Below are positions 35,531 to 48,753 of a DNA stretch of 64,000 bases, one piece after another. Both the position numbers and the translations under genes were made by a program. Origin of the DNA: Epiperipatus broadwayi (Eukaryota; Animalia; Onychophora); NCBI GenBank assembly GCA_028023455.1, contig JAQFVV010000002.1:11718001-11782000 (forward strand), read 5' to 3'. Position 1 is the first letter of the stretch. Each line of letters starts with the position of its first letter. The notes below the pieces were generated by a model. That model worked only from the letters and a program-made list of their open reading frames with translations. It ran no database searches and was not told the DNA's origin.

Positions 35531-35832
35531 CGTATGTATCGAGAAAAACGACATTAAGCGGAAGATCAGAGAAGCGTACTACATCAATAATAATAACTAC
35601 TCCATCAATAGACGTGACACCTGCTTCGACATTTCTAAACGCTGGTCTAATTAGTCCATTTGCATATGATTTGCATACCACTTCTCCTGCTCCATTATTT
35701 ACGTTTTGCAGCTCACAGTACCGCTATGAATATGAGGTAATGAACCTCGAAAGCGCTTAGCGTATATTAATTCTATTATATTTTTGTAGCTTCACTTTCA
35801 AGCGTGACATACGCTTAATTTATTTTATAAAT
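35531..35832 (+). mobile_element. Young PLE 3' end (lineage E) inserted in the RTE endonuclease
   Basis: KIVCIEKNDIKRKIREAYYINNNNYSINRRDTCFDISKRWSN* followed by a pLTR; CpGs retained; the RTE frame (LTNPKI/FQDCNVL) rejoins across it. Confidence 0.9.
35722..35762 (+). ncRNA. Hammerhead ribozyme, A3-U8 variant (family E), fully paired copy
   Basis: CGCU-AUGAAUA-U-GAGG[UAAUGAA]CCUC-GAAAG-CG-CUU-AGCG; stem III palindrome AGCGCU. Confidence 0.85.
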
Positions 35833-38339
35833 TTCAAGACTGTAATGTTCTTAATAAATTCAATGTAGCAAGTGATCATCGATTACTGAGAGATAAGATA
35901 CATGTTGATGCAAAACTAGAGAGATAAAAAATGATAAAAAAAAAAAACAATATTTATAGTTGATACTTCTAATTTTCAGAAACACCCTAATGAATTTGAA
36001 TTAGAACTTGCATATCATTCTCAAATATCAGCAGATTTTGAACATGATTCAGATTTTAATGAAATTAATAGGAAAATAACTGATATACTTTTAAAAATTG
36101 CAACAAGATAGCTGCTAAAAAAAAAAGCAGCAATTGATCAATAAAATTTCTACTGAGACTAGAGAATTTATGAAGAAAAGTAGGAATATGAAAATATATA
36201 AAAATGATGCATTAAAAAAGATTGAATATCTTGAATTCTGGAAAATGATGTGAAAAAGAGTTGACAATGATATAAGAAAGTATAATTGTGAACTAGCAAG
36301 GAAAACTATAGAAGACAATATGTCTCAAGAGTGTAAAACATTTCTATATTGGTAAGAAACATATCTGCAATAAGAAAAAAAAGATGAAACTATTACTAAA
36401 AGAGAGATGACATCATGAAGTGGGTAGAAGAGTTCTGTCAAGAATTATACAGTAATAAAGAACAAGTATCTCCAACAACTATTATACTGAATTGCCCAGG
36501 ATGTTAGATAAAGAAGTGAGGCATGCAATTAAACTCATAAATAAGGGAAAATCTCCAGGTAATGATGGAATTATAATCGATATCTTAAAAGAAGTGTGAA
36601 GAAATATAATTTTTTTTTGGCAAATGATGTCTAAATGATAAAGATGTACCAGATAATTGGAAGAATGGAATATTAATATTTAAAAAAGATGATAAAGAAG
36701 ATATTAGAAATTATAGACCTATCAGCCTTTTATCAATTTTATATAGAATTTTTACCAAGATAATTACAACTCATGTACAGAGAACTTTGGATTTCAACCA
36801 ACCAAAAGAACAAGCTGGATTTAAAAGTGGTTTTCCTACAATGGATCATATCCAAGTATTGAGAGAAATTATAGAAAGCATCAATGAATATGAGTTGCCA
36901 TTTGCTTTAGACTTGTAGATTATGAAAAGGCATTTGATTGTATATGCATTGGATTATCAAGGTATAGACCCAGAATATTGTCATATACTAAAAAATATTT
37001 ATAAAAATGCAACAGCAACAATTAAATTACATAATGATACTAGGAAGGTTCTTATTGAAAAGGGTGTAAGACAGGGTGATTTCATATTTCCAAAACTTTT
37101 TATAGCAGTGCCACAAGAAGTATTTTGTGGATTAAAATGGGAAGTTTTAAGTCATTTAGATTTTGCAAATGATGTAGTTGTTTTGCAAATAATGCTTCAG
37201 AACTTCAGGAAATTTTGCAAGAGTTATTAGATGAAAATAAGAAAGTAGGACTAAAAGTAAATGTTAAAAAGAAAGTTATGTTCAATGGATTTTCTCAAAA
37301 GATGAAAATAAAGGTTGATAATGATGAGTTATTAGAAGTTAACAACTACAAATCCCTTGGTTAGATTATGTACTGAGGAAACATAATGGATAAAATTAAT
37401 CATAGAATTAAAGTTGTTTGGAATGATTTTGGTAGAAATAACTTAATATTAAAAGAAAATATGTCTATGTGTTTGAAAAGGAAAGTTTTCATTAAGTGTT
37501 TTACCAGTTCTTACTTATAGATCTGAAACTTGGACACTTAATAGAAGAGCAATACAGAGGCTTCACACCATTCAAAGAAATATGGAGATATGCATTTTAA
37601 GAATAACTAGAAGAGATTGAAAGCACAATATATGGGTAAAAGAATAAACAGATGTTATTGACATCATTGAAAGATTAAAAGACTGAAGTGGAGTGAGCTG
37701 GACATATTGCTAAAAGAGATGATAATAGATGGATTAAACTGGATTCCAAGAGATTGAAAAAGACACAGAAAGAGACCACATGCAAGATGGATGTAATAAG
37801 GAAGTGTATAGTAGTGATGTGGAGAAGAGAGGCTAGAAAATGGAAAACATGAATTGAACTTGAAGACACCTTCATCCTGCAGTAGAGTGATAATGGTTGA
37901 TAATGATGATCAAGGGTGAATGCCCCAATAACACCACTCAGTGTTTAGATTCAAGTAATCCTTTTGATGATTTCCAAATAAGTTTCATATTTGTTTGTGT
38001 TGTAGCCACACCAATTAATTATGCAGTTATTGATTCGATAACTGAATGTCTAGTTATTTTTAACTGAAGATAAAGGGTAAAAAGTTCAACTGACTAATAA
38101 TTGGATAAATTGCAAAGGCATACTGAGAAAGGCTTTATCATATAACAAACTATATTAGGCTGTTTTAAATCTTATGTTTCTGTACTTTTATTTATGTATT
38201 ACAATAATTAAAACATTTAAATTATCTATAATTAGCCTATTCATTCAGTGTATTAAATGTTTCTTATATAAGTAAATAGAGGGATTTTAACTAGGATTTT
38301 TTAGTCTATCAGTCCTCCACTTCATCTCAAACAACTGAC

Positions 38340-38535
38340 ACACATGACAACATACATGTAAAAAATATACGATCCCCAATATACGTATTTCTTGCATGAT
38401 CTGGCCCAACTGATGAGTGCCGTTCTTCACAAAATATGTACATTGGGGATCATCTATCTTTTTCACATGTACATGGTCATGCGTATTGGTTGGAGCGTAA
38501 ATAGACTAAAAAATCCTAAGTTCAAATCTCTCTAT
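38340..38535 (+). mobile_element. Family C element (HHR 38406-38446, decayed GAAA)
   Basis: CCAA-CUGAUGA-GUG[CCGUUCUU]CAC-AAAAU-AUGU-ACA-UUGG plus homologous flanks. Confidence 0.75.
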
Positions 38536-38586
38536 TTATTTAAATTCCCTATAATACTTAATTTATTTACTTCACTAATAGTTCGT

Positions 38587-38746
38587 ATTTATATGTTGCA
38601 CTTTAAATGCACATCAGTGAAGCTATTTTCAATACTTTCTAGCTTAGCGTGTTCCCATAATGGGAACATGTAATTCCCCAATGCACCAAGCTAGAAAGTA
38701 TTGAAAATAGCTTCACTGATGTGCGTTTAGAATGCAACATATAAAT
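38587..38746. repeat. Small fold-back element, 59-bp arms with nested hairpin in the loop
   Basis: 38587-38645 versus 38688-38746; the loop contains GTGTTCCC-ATAAT-GGGAACAT. Confidence 0.85.
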
Positions 38747-38795
38747 TAAATTACCTATGTTTAATTTAAAAAACATAATATGTATAACAAGCAAG

Positions 38796-38865
38796 CATCA
38801 CATGATCACATCCATTGATTACTCTGTTTAGCACAGGTGGCACTACTATATGGAGTTTTGCTTTG
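38796..38865. mobile_element. Tiny family A 3'-end fragment with inversion
   Basis: CATCACATGATC followed by ATCCATTGATTACTCTG..GGCACTACTATATGGAGTTTTGC. Confidence 0.7.
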
Positions 38866-39933
38866 CTTTGTTTATAATATGTATACTATAGAATTTTTCC
38901 TTTTAATTAAAGGATAAGTGTAACATGATAATATTATTGTTATGGTAATATCTACACACTTAATAACAGAATGCAAGTTGATCTTTGCATTTGATAAAAT
39001 AGCTACAAAAGTCAATAAAATTGCAAAAAATAAATTAACAAATGAAATATTAAATGATGCTTTTAATCTTCTGATTTTCCATTTTATCACAAGACCATTT
39101 GGAACTTTCTATGTAATTCAATATATGATTTCAAAATATTCATCAATGTTATTATTGTAAAGTCTATTTTCTCACAAAATCATACCTAAATTAAAAATCT
39201 TGTTGGATTAATTATTCTTTCTTTTATATTTGTACTTATAGTGTATAGTATCTTGTTTTTCTTCTAAATATGAATATGCCCCATAAGTTTTAATGTTTAA
39301 AATAATTGTTAAGCACAATTCTTTAAGGAAGTGATATTTTTGTCTATATTATAAATATCTTTTTATATTACTTATTAAAGATTAAAAAAAAAAAAACTAA
39401 TAATGGGTTCAACTTTTGTAGGAGTAAGATACTCTTTCTGCCAATGGTGCAACTTACTTCATATGAATTTTTATTTATATATATAAGATTAGCTTGGACC
39501 ATTTAAACTCTAACTAAAAATAGACAAATACCCATTTACCAACCATTAGTAAATGACTATCTAGCTGGCTGAATGAAAAAAAAATCATAAGCTCTTTGTA
39601 TTCAAAAAAGTTTCAAGATTTATTTGGCTAGGACTATCAGGTCATAAATATGTCAAGTAAATGTAATATCATTATATCATAAAACTATTAATTTAGTAAA
39701 GTCTTTTATTTAAAAGCAATAAAAAAAACTTAAAATATTTGCTTTTAAAACAGCTTTTTAATGACTTTTTATAAGTCATGTGACACTCTATAAACAATAT
39801 TTTTCTGGAGTCAATACATGGACAATTTGATGTTAATACTATATCTCAAAAAATCAAAAATGGTAAAATACATAATCACTCATTGTCTCTCTTTTTATGG
39901 TTAGATGCAAATTTCTTTAAAAAAATCATGAAC

Positions 39934-40074
39934 TTAGTCTATATAAAGTTGTTCTTTCATATCTTGTATTTTAGCATGAAAGCTTTGGGATGCCCAAAAA
40001 ATCTTTGCAAGAGAATTATAAAAGACATCACAGCTTTGATTAGACACACTACAATAAACTAGAATATTTACTGC
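39934..40074 (-). CDS. Candidate exon (AVNILVYCSVSNQSCDVFYNSLAKIFWASQSFHAKIQDMKEQLYID*), product unknown
   Basis: Good acceptor TTTTACCATTGCAG followed by 46 open codons to a stop; no homology recognised. Confidence 0.25.
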   Translation of the reverse strand, partial: AVNILVYCSVSNQSCDVFYNSLAKIFWASQSFHAKIQDMKEQLYID

Positions 40075-41087
40075 CTGCAATGGTAAAACACAAAGTATTT
40101 CCATTTCTCATTAATTTAAACTGAAATAATGTTATCATTTTTTCCAAACATTGTCTTATTACCTATCAGGTTCCAAAAACTTATCAGTCTCTCAATAATA
40201 AATTTGTGATTGAGGTTTCTTCCCACTATTCACAAACTAGGCAGTAGCAATTACGTAGGTCACTTCACACATTCCAAAATATTATTTCATTAACAGGTAA
40301 GTTTTTTAAAAAAAGCAATTATAAATTTTATGACAATGGTAATATTGATGACTAGAGGTAGTAAATGAAGTAATATTCAATCATGATCAATTGTCTGTAA
40401 TTAACCATGGTCATAAAGATTTTCACAGCATTTCTATAGTTTTTAATATCATTATATATTATTGGGCAAAATAATAAACAACATACGGAAAAAAAAAGTT
40501 CTAATTCAATGTTCAATAAGAATTATTTACAAATTCTATAGATGAAAAGAAAAATGAATGAATAAATAAGCCATGTAAGAATAATTTCAAAATATTTACA
40601 GGAATTCACTTCTATTAAATGTCTATTTAAAAACTACAAATTCATAAAGTCTTAAAATTAATTTTAAAAAATGTCTCTATTACTATTTTATATTTACACA
40701 CATATATGTGTGTGTTTCCATGTACATTTAAGTAAATATACTTAGAAATGTATGTGTGTAAGATTTGATGTTATCCAGATATATGAGCTTCATCAGTTTT
40801 AAAATTTAGTTATTTAATTCTATTTTAACCCTTCACAATGAGGCAACAAGAGAATGAGCCTATATTTCATTATAATAATATTTCTGTTTTCTTAATACCA
40901 ATACAAAAGCTTCCGTCCTCACATTAATATCCTTAATCTCAAAGTAAAAAAAAACCAAGTGGTTATTTTCCATTGAGAACAGTCTTAAAGTTAATGCTTT
41001 ATATTAATATTGTGAACTGTACAATAGTGTTTTTTCCTTAATACTGCATCTGCAATGGGTATTTAAATATGAGTATCCTGGGATGTG

Positions 41088-41261
41088 GATTCCAAGAGAT
41101 TGCAAAAGACCCAGAAAGAGACCACATGTGAGATGGATGGATGAAATAAGAAAGTGTGCAGGGGTGATGTGGAGAAGAGAAGCTAAAGATCGGAGAAGAT
41201 GGATTAAACTTGGAGAGACCTTCATCCTGCAGTGGATTGATAATGGTTGATAATGATGATG
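41088..41261 (+). mobile_element. 5'-truncated RTE 3' end
   Basis: 13-bp TSD ATCCTGGGATGTG (41075-41087 / 41262-41274) and TGA-repeat tail. Confidence 0.95.
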
Positions 41262-41449
41262 ATCCTGGGATGTGTGAATGAACATCCTCCAGTCTGGAAG
41301 CTTGAATTTCTCCTTTTTTCAACACCATGGTAACTACTTTTGTGATTCTAATGTTTCATATTAACCATCCACATATTGGTTATAAATAATCTAAAAAGTA
41401 GTATAACTGGAAATAACTTTTGATACAGATTGCTCACTTGTCTCCAATG

Positions 41450-42900
41450 TTCCCAATAAATTAGCTACTTCAGTAACATTTATTGACAGCAAATAAAATC
41501 TACTCAATAGGCCATGACCTGATATGTCTTTATATTTGAATTATTTAAGTTTTGAAAAGGGAAAAGGCTTTCAGATTTTTGAGTTTGATTGCTTGGCTTT
41601 TAAAAATTGAATGTAGCTGCTGTTAATGGGATTGAACATTTCTTGGAAGATTCTATAATGTACATAGCCCTGATAATCTCACTCCAAAAGCTGTTTTTAG
41701 AGCAAGATTATAATGACTATTGGTCTGTGGCTTGTGAACAGTGACTTTCACCAATCTTAAGATGATCCTTCAAAGTGATTGTTGGCTGAGGCTATTTTTT
41801 CAGCATCATTTAAGTTGTTTAGGGAAAATAGATCTTGTAGCCTACTAACATAATCCATTATTTTCCTTTAAATACTTTGATATTAGCAAACTTGGGATGT
41901 TGAGAATAGTTGTGAACAATTAGATAAATGATGCAGCTACTAACTTTGATGGATTGATACCAGATCTTGCTTAATGGATTATATTTAAATAAATTTATAA
42001 TTAATGGATTATGATAATACTGTAGAAATATCAAATAAATCACCAAAGTTAGGATTTAATACTTCTTCTTGTGAAGATAAACTAGATTTTTCATCTTGTC
42101 TACCAAAAATTTCAACTAATAATCTTATTGTTCTTCCACATGCAGTTTTTCTACTTGATCCTATTATATGATCTGCATTCATTGCTTATGATAATCCAAA
42201 CTCTTATTAAAGCATGCCACTCTTCTTTTCATATTTCCTAGACTCTTCTCAGCTATAAACATTATCTCCAAGATAATACAGTGAGTGAAATTATAAAATT
42301 TATTAATCTCTTCCAGATTTTCTTATGCTACCTGCTCAACCTTTTCCATATATGGTAAATCAATACGGCATATCTGATCTTTGATGCTACTGATCTCCAT
42401 TTAGATTTCATGAATTGTCCTGGACTTGAAGTCTATCCATATTACATAAAAATTTCTGTTATAAAATATCTGCCTTTTCTGCCATTTGTCATATTACTAT
42501 TGTAGCTTATCTTTACTTCCTGTATTCTGCTATCGATGAGGGGAAATAATTTGATTTATAATTATTAAAGGTAGTTTTCATAACATTAATTTATGACAAA
42601 AATTTTGTGTCAGTCTTCTCTTGAGCAGTTTTAATTTCATCTAATGAAATCTTTATTCTTTTGATACATTTGTTGTTATAGAATGAGAATTACATTTTCC
42701 ACATCTAACACTCTGGTCATAATAAAATTCATAGGTTCATGAACTTCTGCAACTCATTTTCCAATGATTGGGCAATATTATCTACATTCAGGATTATATT
42801 CACTTTCATCAAAATGAAAAATATTTTAATCTCACAATAATATTTAATATCACTAGCTAACTTAGCTAAACAAATACTAGTTTTCTAGTGTCACATTATT
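41450..42900 (-). mobile_element. Heavily decayed PLE (RT-like + GIY-YIG-like)
   Basis: Fragments SSCIIYLI and SQQSL.RI (GIY-YIG-like) and FYVIW (RT-like); many stops. Confidence 0.4.
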
Positions 42901-45321
42901 TTAATACTTCCAATAAACACATCCACCATATCATAACCATAAAAAAAATATAATATGAATATTTTAATTTATATTTAGTCCATGTCTTGACTGATACTAT
43001 TATTCCAAAGGAAGAAGCAAAATTATCTTTTTAATGAAGAAAAAATTCCACAAAAAAATTTGCAGTCTCATCTATACTTAATCTACATTTTTCATTCATA
43101 AATGTACCATAAATCTTATGGCAAATGCACAAAGTATCAAAAAAAATAATTCTACTTTAAAATTTTTGATTAATTTATACTAAAAATGAAAAATTTAAAT
43201 ACAACTATACTCCAAATTTTGTTTAATTAGATTTAATATTTTGATAATAAATTTAATTATACCATTCTATTTAATATTTTATTCAATTCTGGACCTATGT
43301 TAAAAGACACAGTTTTACTGTACCAGTATCTAACTATGTGTGCATAATACTAGAAGATGGTGATCATAAATTTATTAAGCCCTTTCCGAAAAGATGTACT
43401 TTCACTTTCAGTTGTGATCCAGAGGAAATTTTATTGTCACTCAGCTATTAGTGTCTCTATATCAAAAACAGTTACATAATGTTAAACTTACTTCACAAGA
43501 TAATTAATAAACATTTGAAAAATAATAAATAAATATTTAATATTTAAATAACTAAATGACACAAAAAAGAATCTTTTTGATTAGTTTAATAGTACATTCC
43601 ATGAAATCAAAACTTACCATTAATCTAATACATTTCTATTCTTCCTAACTACATAACAATACGGAATTTGAATAAGAGGATTCCACCACCAGAGGTTTGT
43701 AAGTTAAAAATATCAAATAAATAGCTTAATGAATATTTAATAAAACAGGATCAGATTTTAATATTATATATATACACTGATATATGTATATATGACCCAC
43801 AATTATTTCAAAAAGAAAGGAAAATAAAATTTATACTATGATGGTTGATCAAAATAATTATATCTAAAATCACAGAATAGTAACTATTTAGCTTTAAAAA
43901 TAATAATAGATAATAAATACTTTAAGTCAGAAGTATAATTAATAAAACAGGCATTAAGTGAATTGAATCTCCCTTTGAAAAAAATATAAATAATAAACCA
44001 TAACATTATAATAATATCTATCATGGAGCAATAAATTTCAATATATTATATTAGTATTTTCAAATTCAAGATCTACCAAACATTTTATGATTTTCAAATA
44101 CATTTTAATGTGAAGGGAAATGTGTGTGTGCATGGGGGGTATTTGAATATATCAATACTAATTGAAAACAATAAAAAATTATAACAGTTAATAATATTGT
44201 ATCTCAAATATGCTATATATAATGATTAAATAATAATAATATAAGAAAACATTTCTATCAAACAATATGCTGAATTTTATCCCCAAATACAAAAAGCTTA
44301 TTCTAAGTAGTTCAAACATACACTATTTCAAATATAAAAAGAACATAGGAAAATATATGTTAATTAAAATTCTGCTAAAAGAAATTATAATTTAACATTC
44401 CAAATACAAAATAATAATAAAGATAAATATGGTATAACAAGCTCAGGTCTACCATGCCATAGTAAATAACCATGTAAATATAGAGAAGAACACACAACTC
44501 CATGAATAACAAAACAAGAAGCTACATTTCAAAAATACGAACATTCACACTATAAGACCTACTCTATAAAAAGAAATAATATATGCACACTTTTTATTAA
44601 AATGGCAAAAAAGGATAAAATTCATTATATTGCAAATATCAACAGAATGCAAATAAGTTATTACAATCCACATTTCATTCAAATACATGTGCTTGAAAAG
44701 ATTCAATTTTCATATATCCCTAAATTTTACAACTAATTCTAAATAATGATAATGTTAATAAAGTTTTAATAAGGTTTATAAAATGTTTTTAAGCAGGAAA
44801 TTGAGATATGCTTCACACTTAAGACTTTGTTTACATATTCTCACTCATACTTCAAAGTACTTTTTCTTTATTGTAGTTTAATTGACTAATAAAACAAATA
44901 ATTAGCTGACTTGGTATAATTAATAAAATAATAACCAAAAATACATAACTTCTTATTACTATTAACCAAAAAATAGGAAGTAATAGTTTGATTATTTTCT
45001 TCTGAGATTTTAAATAATACTCATTAATAAATAAATGAAATGTATACTTGGAGTACACAAAACAATATTTGAGTTACAATGGAGGAACCTTTTTAAATAT
45101 ACTTTAAACCATTGAAATCTTAATAGAATAATAATAAGTAAAAAATATAGCATTTTATCCTTTTTGGACCATAAGGAACATCAATACTTTAAATACTATT
45201 GAACAAAAGCAAATATGTCAAAAATACACTAATAATATTTTAACTTTCAATAATCTCTTTGTTTCTTCTCCATTGCACAGCTAAATTGCAAACAAATATT
45301 TTCAGGATGATAAATGATTTG

Positions 45322-46365
45322 TAGATTACAAAAAGGCATTTGATTCTATAAACATTTCTTTAGTGGTTAAAGCATTGGATCATCAAAATATAGATCCAAG
45401 ATACTGTTATATTTTGAAGAATATTTATAAAAATGCAATAGCTACAATTAGATTACTTAATGATACTAGGAAAGTCAACATTGAGAAGGGTGTAAGACAG
45501 GATGACTCCATATCTCCAAAACTTTTTACAGCAGTGCTGCAAAAAAGTATTTTGTGGATTAAAATGAAAAGTTAAATAAGTGAAAGTAAATGGAGATTAT
45601 TTAAGTTATTTAGATTTTGCAGATGATGTAGTTGTTTTTGCAAATAATGCTTTGGAGCTACAGGAAATGTTGCAGAAGTTATCAGATGAAAGTAGGACTA
45701 AAGATAAATGTTAAAAAGACTAACATAACATTCAATGAATTTTCTCAAAATAAGAAAATAAAGATTGATTATAATGAATTAGAAGAAGTTAACAGCTACA
45801 AATACCTTGGTCAGGATATTAATACAGATAGAAATTGAGAATGAAATTAATCATAGAATTAAGCTTGGTAGGAGTGCTTTTGGTAGAAATCACTTGATAC
45901 TAAAAGGAAATATGTCTATGTGCTTGAAAAGGAAGATTTTTAATAAATGTGTTTTACCAGTTCTTACTTGTGGATTTGGGATTTGGACACTTAATAGACG
46001 AACAATACAGAGACTTCAGACCACTCAAAGAAATATGGAGATATAACAAGAAGTGATCAAAAATACAATATATGGGTAAAAGAACAAACAGGTGTTACTG
46101 ATCTCATTAAAAAAATTAAAAGACTAAAGTGGAGTTGGGCTGGATATATTTCTAGAAAAGATAATAGCAAATTAAAAATTGAAATTTTAAAATGGATTCC
46201 AAGAGATTGTAATAGACCCAGAAAGAGACCACATGTGAGATGAATGGATGAAATAAAAAAGTATGCAGGGGTGATGTGGAGAAGAGAAGCTAAAGATTGG
46301 AGAAGATGGATTGAACATGGAAAGACCTTCATCCAGCAGTGGATTGATAGTTGTTGTTGATGATG
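45322..46365 (+). mobile_element. 5'-truncated RTE (RT 3' half)
   Basis: GVRQDDSISPKLF, LDFADDVV and KYLGQ motifs; 10-bp TSD AAATGATTTG (45312-45321 / 46366-46375). Confidence 0.9.
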
Positions 46366-46961
46366 AAATGATTTGGAGAAATATATATTTTAATACAATC
46401 AGAAAGTAATTATTTTCTAATAGACCATTTGACTAAATCTTGGATATTAGTACACTAAAAAAAAAATCAGAGTTATGAATACAGAGCTTTTGCAGAATGT
46501 ATCCTTTAATACATATAATAATAATTTATTAATTACTGAAATTCATTCATTTGGTTTCAGTAATAATGATGATGTTTTTATTTAAGGGAGATGATGAAGA
46601 ATAATTAAATAAATGACAAAATTTTCAAATATTGTTAATGGAGTAAATATTTTATGTGATATTCTTTTTTAAACCAAATATGTGAATGATAAAAATGAAT
46701 TGGATAGGCAATCATAAGCATAGAATATTTATGATATAATGAATTCTAGTCTTCATTTTCCAGCTGTGCATTCATTTGTTGGCAAAAACTGGAACTAAAT
46801 ATATATTATTAGTTTTAAAAAATTTTGAAGATGTCAATATTGTACTGCAAACTTAAGGTGCTGAAAAAATGCTATAATTTAGGCATAACAACAATATTGG
46901 CATCAGCATGGAATTTGGGCATTCTATCATCAGATTTTCAATAGTATGGATGGCTGAAGAG

Positions 46962-47245
46962 TTGGAGCTTGGAATAGATTGAAGCCTATCCATTAAAGTA
47001 TAAAAATTTGCTATCTTAATATAAACTGAGCACTGATTATTTATATGTGTGGGAGATGATAATCTGGACCAACTGATGATTGCTGGTTTAGTATGAAATA
47101 CATATACTGGTGATTATTTATCTTTTCTACATGTGTATCAGTAGTATAAGATAGTGTGAATAGTTGAAGGTTGCTTGAAAGTCTGAGTTCAAATCCTTTA
47201 TATTTACAATTAAGTTCCAGGTATAAGAATGCCTGTATTTCAAAT
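46962..47245 (+). mobile_element. Family C element (decayed HHR 47069-47110)
   Basis: Homology to other C copies, including the CAGGTAT..GCCTGTA tail shared with 6870-6900. Confidence 0.8.
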
Positions 47246-47438
47246 CTTACATATTTATGATTATTTTTACAAAATATTTGTAAAATATTTATGTAAAACC
47301 AAGATACTAATGATATATTTGGATTTTAAAAGACAAGTTAATGGTAAAAAAAAAAAAGATATTTACAATTGTTCAAAAAAGGAAAGCTTTCACAAATATA
47401 GTAATAATTATTTTTTGCCATTTCTTAATAATTAAATG

Positions 47439-47758
47439 ATTTAAATTGTGCTTTACACAAAAAAGTGGACCTTGTCTAAAATATTATTAAAGAGTTATAT
47501 GGCTAAGCGCTTTCAGAGAACTTAAGTCTCCATATTCATAGCCTACTTTAATTGAAGTTTAGCGGTGATTTATGCCAAATTTATGCAAATTTTCTTTTAT
47601 AAAGACCATTTTCTGGAGATTGCATAAATCACCACTAAACTTCAATTAAAGTAGGCTCTGAATATGGAGACTTAAGTTCTCTGAAAGCGCTTAGCCATAT
47701 AACTCTTTAATAATATTTTAGACAAGCTTCACTTTTTTACGTAAAGCGCAATTTAAAT
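47439..47758. mobile_element. Inverted pair of lineage E pLTRs, each with an HHR (47501-47543 minus; 47654-47696 plus)
   Basis: 137-bp arms; GGCU-AUGAAUA-U-GGAGA[CUUAAGU]UCUCU-GAAAG-CG-CUU-AGCC. The right arm has C instead of A at position 3. Confidence 0.9.
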
Positions 47759-48312
47759 TACTTACTACTCAAAGGTGAAGTAGAAAACTAGTATTTTATT
47801 TCAATAATTAAATGAGTGATTTTAAATTTTGGGACAGAATTTCATTGCTTTGTAATGTTTAACAATAATTCTCTTGGAATTTCAAAATAAAGTTCAACTA
47901 ACAAATATTCATTCAGTTAATATTTTTATCACTAATTGGCAATCTTCTAATAAGAAAAAAATATTATTCTGATTACATATTTCAATTTATTTATTTATTA
48001 TCTATATTATCAAAGTTGAAATATAATTCAAAAGTCACTAAGGATGGTCAAAAAAAGTTAGTAGTGAAATCATTAACTTTTACAGAATTTCAATGAAGAC
48101 ATAAATAATGGAATGAAATAAATCTGTACTATATAATGGGGGTATTTTAAAAATGTATACATCTAGATATCAAATTAAAAAGTAGGAAGATATAAAATGA
48201 AAATTAAAAAATAAAGTAAATGTGGTAATTTGATGATATAATTAAATATGTTGTGTATAATGTATTTAATTTTAAAATACATGTGAGGCAACTATTATAA
48301 TATAATGTAGAG

Positions 48313-48753
48313 CAGGGGTGGGCAATTGTTTTGGCTTGGGGGCTGCAGAGTTTGGCAAAGGGATGCATTGGGGCCACTTTGTGGAAGTGAAGGGTCACAC
48401 CTTTTTTTCATGACACAATAAACACACTGCTTTATTCTGAGTATTACCAAAGAAATATTTGTTTGTCCATTCTTCATTAAACACATGACATTCATCACCG
48501 ATTTTACATTTTTTTGGAGGGTTCATGGTTTCACTAAAGTTGGAAATGTATATATTTGCTAATGCAAAGACAAAATTGAAATTAACCAGAACCAGAAAAG
48601 CACTGCACATCGTATCTACACTGTGCATGTGTATTGATGTGGCCATCCTAGTAGAAAATATGAGATGAATCTTTGGCCATGCAGGGGAAGGAAATCTCAG
48701 TTCAAGGTGGATTTTTCTGATTGTCTTGGTGGGCCACTATTTGCCCATCCCTG
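48313..48753 (-). mobile_element. Internally deleted hAT (Charlie/SPIN-like) element
   Basis: TIRs CAGGGGTGGGCAA / TTGCCCATCCCTG, 8-bp TSD ATGTAGAG (48305-12 / 48754-61) and transposase N-terminus KKCKIGDECHVFNEEWTNKYFF..AVCLLC. Confidence 0.9.

Larger units (their letters stand above)
34493..37908 (+). mobile_element. Full-length decayed RTE-clade LINE (APE + RT)
   Basis: APE motifs (MGDFNARIG, ELDYILTN..SDHR), RT motifs (NYRPISLL, EQAGF, GVRQGD, LDFANDVV), (TGA)n tail and imperfect TSD ATCAAG(A/G)GTG (34483-34492 / 37909-37918). Many stops and frameshifts. Confidence 0.9.

Noticed and set aside
43613-43715. Exons suggested by GTAAGT donors on either strand (also 39458-39513, 40170-40296, 32822-32853)
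   Set aside because: In-frame stops or the lack of a credible acceptor left no supportable reading frame.
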